The notes under the pieces were generated by a model. It worked only from the letters and a program-made list of their open reading frames with translations, did no database searches and was not told the origin of the DNA. A program made the translations under genes and the position numbers. Shown here one piece after another: positions 56,647 to 64,000 of a stretch of DNA of 64,000 nt. Numbering within the stretch: position 1 is the first letter of the stretch; each line of letters starts with the position of its first letter. Source of the stretch: a virus; IMG/VR virus record IMGVR_UViG_3300035665_000004, positions 1 to 64,000 of that record; one strand, given 5' to 3'.

Positions 56647-56782
56647 ATGTAACACTCCATAATATTCAATTTAATTCACTTATTTATACCACAACAAAAG
56701 TTAATCATAACTACTTTTTTAATTTTTATATTTTTTTGTGTATAATTTAAAATAACTAATTTAACTTTCAAAGGAAAATAAA

Positions 56783-57520
56783 ATGAACCAACAATTATTA
56801 GACAATTTGGCGATGTTACAAGATGGATTAAACGAATACATTACTAAAGATTGGAAAAACAATAGAACTGAATTAGATTTTATGATTTGCTCACATCAAG
56901 AAATGTCAGAATTAATTGATACCACTTGTGATGTTGACGGTGCTAAACATTCATTAGACTGGAAATGGTGGAAACAAAAAAGTGGTAGTGGTGCAAGAAC
57001 AATGGATACTGTTAAGTGGAATGAATTACACCAATCCGTAATTGATAACATTAAAATTGAATTAACCGATTTAGTTTTCTTCACATTATCACAACGCATA
57101 TTAGAAGATCTCACCGATCCAGATGAACCAGTGGTATTAAGTGAAAACGATTGGTTGAATTTTATGAGTATTACCGCAAATAACCTGTTACAACGACCAA
57201 GTATGTCACTAGGAATTGTATTGGAACTTTCCAAAAAAATTGATTTCAATATTGCAGCATATTACATTGTAAAACATCTTTTAAACTATTATCGACAAAT
57301 TTCAAAATACGGTGATGGTTACGAAAAAATTAAAAATGGTAAAGAGGATAATGAGTTATTACACGATATTATCAACGACATCACAGTTGAAAATTTAATT
57401 ATCGATTTTGATAACGCATATAATTTAATTGCATCGAGATTTTTTGAAATTTTTACTGCACCAAAAGAAAAAGAAATTACAATCGAATTTTGGAGAAACT
57501 TTCAACATCCTAAGAGTTAA
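56783..57520 (+). CDS. dimeric dUTPase (dUTPase_2 family)
   Basis: QEMSELID, WKWWK, KIELTDLVFF, RQ..Y..GYEK. Confidence 0.85.
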   Translation: MNQQLLDNLAMLQDGLNEYITKDWKNNRTELDFMICSHQEMSELIDTTCDVDGAKHSLDWKWWKQKSGSGARTMDTVKWNELHQSVIDNIKIELTDLVFFTLSQRILEDLTDPDEPVVLSENDWLNFMSITANNLLQRPSMSLGIVLELSKKIDFNIAAYYIVKHLLNYYRQISKYGDGYEKIKNGKEDNELLHDIINDITVENLIIDFDNAYNLIASRFFEIFTAPKEKEITIEFWRNFQHPKS

Positions 57521-57526
57521 CTGAAA

Positions 57527-57814
57527 GTGTATCTTAAATTTCAAATTTCGGGAGTAAAAAAAAATAAAATTTCCACTGAGGAAGTAAGAATTGAAATTAG
57601 AAAAATAGAAGAATCCTTATATGGTGAATCAATGGATTATATTAAAATGATAAAACTGAACGATATTTTAAACCATAAAATTAATATACCTTTTAACTTA
57701 ATGATAAAAGCCGAATTAATATCAGGAAGCATAAAATTAGTTGGTTACACCGATGATTCTAAAGCAGTATTAGATCCAAACTGTGGAATAAATCACATTT
57801 CAAAAATACGTTAA
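57527..57814 (+). CDS. hypothetical protein
   Basis: ORF track. Confidence 0.6.
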   Translation: MYLKFQISGVKKNKISTEEVRIEIRKIEESLYGESMDYIKMIKLNDILNHKINIPFNLMIKAELISGSIKLVGYTDDSKAVLDPNCGINHISKIR

Positions 57815-57828
57815 TTAGGAGTTTATAT

Positions 57829-58254
57829 ATGCAACATACGGAAAACTATACAATCACACATGAAGACATTGTTGATGGAGAATTTACAGAAATTCAACCA
57901 TCTATCAATGCAATGGAAAATGGTGATGAATTACGAGCTATGGGATTTAGAGATATTAGTAAAGCTGGTGATTATGAATCTCAAATAAGAGATGAAATAT
58001 TAAATTCTGTACAAATCCAACGGACATTACAAGATTATCAACGCAATTCATCCGATAAACGGTCGACTAGAGATTATTTAAAACAACATATTGATTTTTT
58101 GGTTAATGTTTCCCCAGGTAAAACAAAAAAAGATATTGTTTCCAAAATGACAATTGAACATGCGGCAGCCATTATGAAGATAGCTGCAAAAGCAGATGTT
58201 CCTGAAAAACTATTAAAGAAACATTTAAAACATCTCAAAAAAGAATACACATAA
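57829..58254 (+). CDS. hypothetical protein
   Basis: AGGAG RBS. Confidence 0.8.
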   Translation: MQHTENYTITHEDIVDGEFTEIQPSINAMENGDELRAMGFRDISKAGDYESQIRDEILNSVQIQRTLQDYQRNSSDKRSTRDYLKQHIDFLVNVSPGKTKKDIVSKMTIEHAAAIMKIAAKADVPEKLLKKHLKHLKKEYT

Positions 58255-58393
58255 CATAACGTCTACACCCCACTACAAAAGTAAATTGATGTCAACTATG
58301 TTTGTAGTGGGGTAGAAATAATTGTAACACTGAAACATTTTTAGTATAATTTATTTGTAGTTGAAATTTTAATTTTTTATAAGGAAAAACAAA

Positions 58394-58708
58394 ATGATTG
58401 AATTCGATAATGGTCGAGTAACTGAAGTATTACGTGCATGTTTAATTATCGTTCAGCAGCAAGAAATGATTGATGAAGTAATTCCAGATATTGCTGATGA
58501 ATTTGGTGTTAGTAAAGGTTCAGTTAAGAAAATTTGTATGGCATACGCAAAAGATACATTGCAGAAAACACAGGAAAAATTAGAAGATGAACGGTCAATG
58601 CTCGCAAACATTGAATTATTGATAGAAGCGGTTGAAAACATATCACCTTCAGATATTAAAGAAGTATATGAAGAATCAGATTTAAAAAAACCAGATGTTG
58701 AAGATTAG
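58394..58708 (+). CDS. T4 DsbA-like dsDNA-binding protein
   Basis: IPDIADEFGVSKGSVKKICMAYAK resembles DsbA IKDI...ELGVD.K.FNRL...Y.K. Confidence 0.45.
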   Translation: MIEFDNGRVTEVLRACLIIVQQQEMIDEVIPDIADEFGVSKGSVKKICMAYAKDTLQKTQEKLEDERSMLANIELLIEAVENISPSDIKEVYEESDLKKPDVED

Positions 58709-58780
58709 TTACATTATTAAAAATTTTCTTTAGTTTTAACGTTAAAGAATTTATAAATTACTTTTTTTGGGAGATTAACC

Positions 58781-59188
58781 ATGCATTTCAAAGGAAACAT
58801 TATTATTACAGATCCATGTTATATTATTGATGAAGAAAATACTGACGATTGGGATGATTGTGAGTATGGTTGTAATATGGAAGAATTAGGTATCACCAAC
58901 TATATTTGTCGGGATACACTTTATGGTGATTGGTCTTGTACTGTATTCGATACTGTCAACGAAAACAAAATAGGAAATTTTTCTGCAGATGCTGGTATGG
59001 TTGCTGTTTTTTTACTTGATGAGGTTTTAAAATACAATCCACATTTCAACTATCATACCGAAAAACCAAATACCACAACACTTATTAAAAATTTTGATGG
59101 TGATGTAACTTTTGAGTTAAATGGAGATAATGTTCATGTAGTTGGTAAAGGAAACATCAATTTCAAATCAACACAAAATCAATTTTAA
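58781..59188 (+). CDS. conserved phage hypothetical protein
   Basis: IIITDPCY...DTLYGDWSC...ADAGMVAV family motif. Confidence 0.8.
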   Translation: MHFKGNIIITDPCYIIDEENTDDWDDCEYGCNMEELGITNYICRDTLYGDWSCTVFDTVNENKIGNFSADAGMVAVFLLDEVLKYNPHFNYHTEKPNTTTLIKNFDGDVTFELNGDNVHVVGKGNINFKSTQNQF

Positions 59189-59228
59189 TATAGAAGTAAA
59201 ATTTATTAGCTAAGTAGCAAAAAAAAAT

Positions 59229-59266
59229 AAACCCAATTAAAATTAAAAACTTTAATTGGGTTTTTT
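59229..59266 (+). terminator. rho-independent terminator
   Basis: aaacccaattaaa/tttaattgggttt plus a T run. Confidence 0.75.
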
Positions 59267-59538
59267 AAAATATTTTTTTCAAATATAGAAAAGGAATTAT
59301 CTATGACTACTCAAAAAAGAAATTTAAACTACCTTATTCTTTAGGGTGGGGTAGTTCACATTTTCATCCCTTATATTGTATAATTACTTAATAGAAGTTA
59401 GAGAACAGTTGGTATTCATTCCACTATTTTCTCTAGTACGGTAAATACTTTAGATTACTTTTCTTCTTTCTTAGTTATACAACTTAAAACTTTCTTTCAC
59501 CAAATTTCATATTTTTAACGAAAATAACCGAGGCATAA

Positions 59539-60438
59539 ATGAGAAAAAAATTACACAAACATACATCACATGATACCGAATTGATTCCTCAAAATATTTT
59601 TCCAAAACAAAAGAATGTCTACGTTGGTGAGGACCAAGATAGAAATATAGCGATTGTACTAATATATGGTGTTATTGATGAACCCGATGAGTATGTTGAT
59701 GAACTATTAAAATTAAACTGTTTATCATCAAAATATGATGTTGTTGAAGTCACGTTAAATTCACCTGGTGGTAGTTTAAATACAACTGTTGATATGCTTT
59801 CAACAATTAATAAATTTGAGGTTGTTATTACTATTGGTAAAGGTGAGGTTGCATCTGCGGCATTTATGTTATGGGCAAGTGGTGATATTAGAGTAGTTAC
59901 AGATTATTCAATGTACATGGCTCATAGAGAATCGTATGGTATGTATGGAAAAACATCCGAACATAGAGATGCTGCTCAAACATTTGGTAAAGTGTATGAG
60001 GAGCTATTTGAGGAATGTTTTGGTGATTTATTAAATGATAAGGAAAAACTTATTGCTGAAAGATCTGAAACTTGGCTATCTTATAAAGATCTATTAGAAA
60101 GAGATAGAGTTATTAGTTATGATAAATATGTTGTTCCTACAAATCTTTATTCTGTTGTTGAATTGTTTGTTACCGATTCTGGTTCAATATTTATGAAGGA
60201 CCCTGATTCGGATTCATTCAGAAGTGTAACTCTACAATATGGTGACGAAGCTCTCGAAAATATGACCAACTATCTTTATGGTATTGCACCAATAACTAAA
60301 ATGCCAACTGAGGTACCTACAACAAAACCTAAAGCGAATATATCTTCAAGATTGAAAAACAAAAATGTAAAATCTACCGATGATACGACATCGACAAACA
60401 AAAAACCAAAAAATAAAACTGGAGAAAACAATGAGTGA
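59539..60438 (+). CDS. second ClpP-like protease
   Basis: LNSPGGS, VASAA (Ser), YMAH (His), SETW. Confidence 0.8.
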   Translation: MRKKLHKHTSHDTELIPQNIFPKQKNVYVGEDQDRNIAIVLIYGVIDEPDEYVDELLKLNCLSSKYDVVEVTLNSPGGSLNTTVDMLSTINKFEVVITIGKGEVASAAFMLWASGDIRVVTDYSMYMAHRESYGMYGKTSEHRDAAQTFGKVYEELFEECFGDLLNDKEKLIAERSETWLSYKDLLERDRVISYDKYVVPTNLYSVVELFVTDSGSIFMKDPDSDSFRSVTLQYGDEALENMTNYLYGIAPITKMPTEVPTTKPKANISSRLKNKNVKSTDDTTSTNKKPKNKTGENNE

Positions 60439-61306
60439 TTTATCTGAATTAGAAATCGAAAGAGCATTAGAAATAGCAAATATACACAAAGAGGGTAATA
60501 ATATTACTCTGACTGATATTGACCATTATATAAAAAATGCTATAAGTGTTGAATTTAAATCTAAATTCCCAAATGACAATTTTGATGTATCGTGGCATAC
60601 CTACAAAGCTATTGGTTGTTTCCCAGCATTGGGAAATGCCTATGATATTGGTATTTCAATTGATAAACCAACTCATTATCTAATGCGATTAGTTGCTACC
60701 TGGCATATTGAAAAAGCATTGAAAGCATTAAAATTTGACACCGATAACGATCCAAATTTATTAAGTGAACCGGAATTTGCAAACATTGGTACTGCAGGTA
60801 GAATTGCGAAAATTTGGGCTGGTAGTAGTTTAGATCCAGAAAATATTAGAGAATATGGTGATGGTAGATGGGTAAAACCACCAAGATTAGCAACTTTCCC
60901 TGCAAAAGATGCAGATCGTGGAAGACCAGTTACAGTAGTTATTAATAATCCAGGTATTGGTAGTGTATGTTCACATCACTTTTTACCATACAGCATACAA
61001 AATTCTGAGAACAGCAAAATTGTTATTTCTTATATTCCCAACAAAAAATTATTGGGATTATCAAAAATTGGTAGATTTGTAGAATGGTGTTTAAATAGAC
61101 CTTCTTTACAAGAAGAAGCGACTGAATTAATCTTTAAAAAAATTAAAGAAATTGCCGAAACAGATGATGTTTATGTTGGGTTGATTGAGTTAGAGCATAG
61201 CTGTGAGACCACACGAGGTAGCAAACAACATAGCACAACCACTACTGAGGATTATAGTGGTGCGTATAATGATATTACATATCGAAATTCGATTCTTAAA
61301 TACTAG
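60431..61306 (+). CDS. folE: GTP cyclohydrolase I
   Basis: SVCSHHFLPY, LGLSKIGR, RPSLQE, HSCETTRG. Confidence 0.9.
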   Translation: MSDLSELEIERALEIANIHKEGNNITLTDIDHYIKNAISVEFKSKFPNDNFDVSWHTYKAIGCFPALGNAYDIGISIDKPTHYLMRLVATWHIEKALKALKFDTDNDPNLLSEPEFANIGTAGRIAKIWAGSSLDPENIREYGDGRWVKPPRLATFPAKDADRGRPVTVVINNPGIGSVCSHHFLPYSIQNSENSKIVISYIPNKKLLGLSKIGRFVEWCLNRPSLQEEATELIFKKIKEIAETDDVYVGLIELEHSCETTRGSKQHSTTTTEDYSGAYNDITYRNSILKY

Positions 61307-61313
61307 TTTGTCG

Positions 61314-61344
61314 ACCACATCATATAATTCATATATGATGTGGT
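61314..61344 (+). terminator. hairpin, possible terminator
   Basis: 13-bp stem accacatcatata/tatatgatgtggt. Confidence 0.6.
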
Positions 61345-61367
61345 TAAAAAAATAAAGGTATCAAAAC

Positions 61368-61880
61368 ATGCAATACAATGAAAAATTATCGAATGAAAAA
61401 TTAGGTGCATTTCAACAAGTTTCATCTGGTTATGATATTGGCAATTTATCAACACAAAACAAATCATTTATAAAATCAAAAACTAAAAATCCATTATCGT
61501 TCAAAATTAAAGATATTGAAACTGTTGGTAACTCCAGTGAAATATTAAAAGTTTTATTTTCTAATGGATTAGTAGCAAGGATAATTAAATTCACAGATAA
61601 AGAAAATCGTGCCTCATCATCATTCGATATAGTTGATGAATTAAAAAAAGAAATCTTAGTCAATACCGATAAATCATTTACTGGTGGTACTGGTATAGCA
61701 GAATCATTATTCAAAATAAATTTTATATCTCAATGGGAGGTGCCAATATTTACAAAACTGTGTCGGGGTTTTATTTTAGGTGATCCAGAATCAATAAAAA
61801 AACTTATGTTTGACTACAACTTAAAAATAACAGAAGATACCGAATGGAAAATAAAAGAAATCATTGGAGTTAGCAAATGA
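61368..61880 (+). CDS. hypothetical protein
   Basis: 170 aa ORF. Confidence 0.75.
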   Translation: MQYNEKLSNEKLGAFQQVSSGYDIGNLSTQNKSFIKSKTKNPLSFKIKDIETVGNSSEILKVLFSNGLVARIIKFTDKENRASSSFDIVDELKKEILVNTDKSFTGGTGIAESLFKINFISQWEVPIFTKLCRGFILGDPESIKKLMFDYNLKITEDTEWKIKEIIGVSK

Positions 61881-62599
61881 AATATGCCCCCTATTCTTTC
61901 TCCAAGATTCAAACCTTTTTTGAATGTCAGAAAAAATTTGAATACACTTACGTTAATAAAATACCAATCGATTATGATTATGTTGACCCAATATACTTTA
62001 AAAGAGGTAGATTTTTACACGCCTATATAGCAGATAGATTAAATGGTGGTGATGGGCTAACTATAAGTCGACACAATATTGATATTGGTGAAAAACTAAA
62101 ATTAGTAGAATTTGCAGATGTAACATTAAACAATGAATATATCAGTCTAACTTATGATTTTAATACCAATAAGGTTGAATCATTCGTTGCACTAGATCAC
62201 GAATTAAAACCATCAAATAAAAAAAATAAATCGGCATTAAGTGGGTATATTGATTATTATGCTGTTCATGATGATTATGGAATGATTGTAGATTGGAAAT
62301 CAGGAAAATATCATAGTACCCCACACTACTTTCAACTCGAACTATATGCGATTTGGATCTTCCAAAAATACCCAGAGGTAACAGAATTAGATTTAGTGTT
62401 TTATTATGTTGAGCATAATAAATTTCAAGTCAAAACAATAAATCCCAATGATGTTTTTGAATTAAAAACCACCCTTTCTGCAAAAATAACTATCATTGAA
62501 AATACAAACACCTTTGAGGTAAACAAATCAAAAAAATGTACATCCTGTCAATTTTTTAATGTGTGTAATTCTGAATTTGGTGTTGTTGGTGATATTTAA
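61877..62599 (+). CDS. PD-(D/E)XK nuclease (RecB/Cas4-like)
   Basis: YSFSKIQTFFEC, GYID, IVDWKSG, QLELYA, C-terminal CTSCQF...C. Confidence 0.85.
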   Translation: MKYAPYSFSKIQTFFECQKKFEYTYVNKIPIDYDYVDPIYFKRGRFLHAYIADRLNGGDGLTISRHNIDIGEKLKLVEFADVTLNNEYISLTYDFNTNKVESFVALDHELKPSNKKNKSALSGYIDYYAVHDDYGMIVDWKSGKYHSTPHYFQLELYAIWIFQKYPEVTELDLVFYYVEHNKFQVKTINPNDVFELKTTLSAKITIIENTNTFEVNKSKKCTSCQFFNVCNSEFGVVGDI

Positions 62600-62650
62600 A
62601 AAAATGTATTTTTAAATCCTATATAATCATAGGATTTAAATACGAAAATA

Positions 62651-63091
62651 TTATGTGATAGTTTTATAACCACCACCACTTTTATTAATACTACTATAAA
62701 CTGAACCAATGTCAGTAGATATAGGTTTAGTTGCCACAGATTCGTTAGATGTATTCTGCTCGTTCATAATTTGAATAAGTGCTTTCTTTATAGCTTCCTC
62801 ATATATAAAATTTGATACTTGACCAGCAATGTTTGCGTAAGGTTTATTATTTTTCATAATCACCATTGCTGGAACGGTACTCATCAAAAAATACTGTGCC
62901 AATTTACCTGTTTCCTCATCTATTGCACAGGTATATATGTCAATTTTTCCACAAAATTTTTCATCAAAATTATCAAACATCTTGAAAATATTTTCTAAAT
63001 TTGGGAGTTTATTAGAATAAAATAAAATCATAAATGTTCGACCATTAAATAAAACATCATCGATAATATCATCGGTTATCTTAGCAATCAT
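62651..63091 (-). CDS. thioredoxin-fold protein lacking CxxC
   Basis: MILFYS, LAQYFLMSTVPAMVIMKN (cis-Pro loop); no CxxC. Confidence 0.65.
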   Translation of the reverse strand: MIAKITDDIIDDVLFNGRTFMILFYSNKLPNLENIFKMFDNFDEKFCGKIDIYTCAIDEETGKLAQYFLMSTVPAMVIMKNNKPYANIAGQVSNFIYEEAIKKALIQIMNEQNTSNESVATKPISTDIGSVYSSINKSGGGYKTIT

Positions 63092-63433
63092 ATTTTTTCT
63101 CCTTGGTATTATTAATCTACAGGATTATACAAAAAATATTTCTTAGTAATCTTTGAATTTTGTAGTTAAAGAATAAGATTTACTAGAATATGATAGTGGT
63201 GTTAAAACTATATATTAATAAGGTGTTTTTTTGCACATATTCCAACAAAATTTATTTCATATGTATATTCGTATATTATTATCAAATCTGAATTTAATTT
63301 TGGTTTTTGTTATTGCTGAAAGCAATTATTCCTCAGAGGCTCCTCTTTAATATTCTTTAATATCTATTCTTTAGGAAAATATTTTTCATTTTTATGCTAT
63401 ATTAATAAAGTGTTTTAACTGGCAAGATGTGAA

Positions 63434-63552
63434 AAATCCATTTTAGTTTTGGTTGTGGTGGGAAAAAATCAATTTTAGTTTTGGTTGTTTTGACATGAAA
63501 TCCATTTTAGTTTTGGTTGTGGTGGGAAAAAATCAATTTTAGTTTTGGTTGT
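63434..63552. repeat. four 23-bp iteron-like repeats at exact 32-bp period
   Basis: aaatcMattttagttttggttgt at 63434, 63466, 63498 and 63530; 9-bp spacers ggtgggaaa/tttgacatg/ggtgggaaa. Confidence 0.92.
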
Positions 63553-63662
63553 TTGCTAATTGAAACAAATTTTGCAAGTATATTCAAAATTGATAAAAAA
63601 CAATTTTTTTTATATAATAAAAATGTATAATATGATTATGAAATAATCTTTGAGGTAAAAAA

Positions 63663-64000
63663 ATGAAAACTCCCGATAAAATAAATACGGATCGGTATGA
63701 AGTAAACAAACCATCAGAACTGTGTCAAGTAATATTCATCAAGAATTTTAAAAATGATTTTGAAATTTACAAAATTAGTCCTATGCAATTGGATCTAATA
63801 AATGGTATAATTTATAAGGTTCGGGAAATCATAATTAAGGAAAATTTAAACATCGATGATGAAATTCCATCTACATTATTCGACATAAAACTAAATGATT
63901 TTGCAAATATGTTTTCCGCTTATACTAATAACGACTATAAGGTTTTACTTGAAAAACTTATAGAATTGTCAGAAATGAAAATTATTATAAATGCCCTAGG
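63663..64000 (+). CDS. Rep_3/RepA-type replication initiator, N-terminal part (runs off the window)
   Basis: open to the window end: NKPSEL...ISPMQLDLINGIIYKVRE...IKLNDFANM...YKVLLEKLIELSEMKIIINAL, a winged-helix Rep pattern; GAGGT RBS; missed by the ORF track. Confidence 0.6.
   Translation, partial: MKTPDKINTDRYEVNKPSELCQVIFIKNFKNDFEIYKISPMQLDLINGIIYKVREIIIKENLNIDDEIPSTLFDIKLNDFANMFSAYTNNDYKVLLEKLIELSEMKIIINAL

Larger units (their letters stand above)
30761..56688 (-). promoter_or_regulatory. T4-like late promoters (T/C/G)ATAAATA
   Basis: minus-strand sites 30761, 33013, 40313, 42053, 45160, 45194 and 56681 upstream of lysis/virion genes. Confidence 0.65.
18071..63631. promoter_or_regulatory. 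GTATAAT (-10 only) promoter class upstream of metabolic/replication genes
   Basis: GTATAAT upstream of genes at 18071, 22890, 23831, 25244, 26977, 30826, 33321, 35628, 42088, 42914, 51177, 56740, 58344, 59378 and 63625, without TTGACA. Confidence 0.65.

Noticed and set aside
374-58641. Short antisense or alternate-frame ORFs in the track (e.g. 374, 1288, 1932, 6046, 13585, 27864, 44361, 54818-56662, 56896, 58453)
   Set aside because: They overlap better-supported genes or promoters, lack RBSs and show no recognisable motifs.
63434-63552. Repeat-spacer pattern as a mini CRISPR array
   Set aside because: Spacers are only 9 bp and two are identical; the repeat is not palindromic; the layout fits iterons.

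Overview
AT-rich segment of a large T4-like (myovirus-type) jumbo phage genome, read in the standard genetic code; no rRNA, canonical tRNA or CRISPR array was found. It has three zones. (1) 1-17.9 kb is a + strand early/host-takeover region of about 65 small ORFs driven by about 24 near-consensus sigma70 promoters (TTGACA-17-TATAAT/TACAAT) built as repeated promoter-leader-RBS cassettes. It holds several paralog families, decayed cassettes, and a 149-nt highly structured non-coding element (6082-6230) directly behind its own promoter. (2) 17.95-18.9 kb is a largely non-coding region with a terminator, A-tracts, a 3x33-bp tandem repeat and roughly phased TTCC motifs. (3) 18.9-64 kb carries metabolism, replication, lysis and virion genes: QueD, FolE, two PTP-like phosphatases, GH19 endolysin, SLT, FeoA, guanylate kinase, a coiled-coil fibre, two ClpP-like proteases, thioredoxin, YqeY, primase, UvsY-like, clamp loader, DEDD exonuclease, dUTPase and a PD-(D/E)XK nuclease. 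The most notable items are a fractured family-B DNA polymerase piece ending in the N-half of a split intein, an NAD-dependent ligase gene lacking its N-terminal adenylation half, and four 23-bp iterons at 32-bp period just upstream of a plasmid-type Rep-like ORF at the right edge. All family calls come from recognising motifs by eye; no database search was run.
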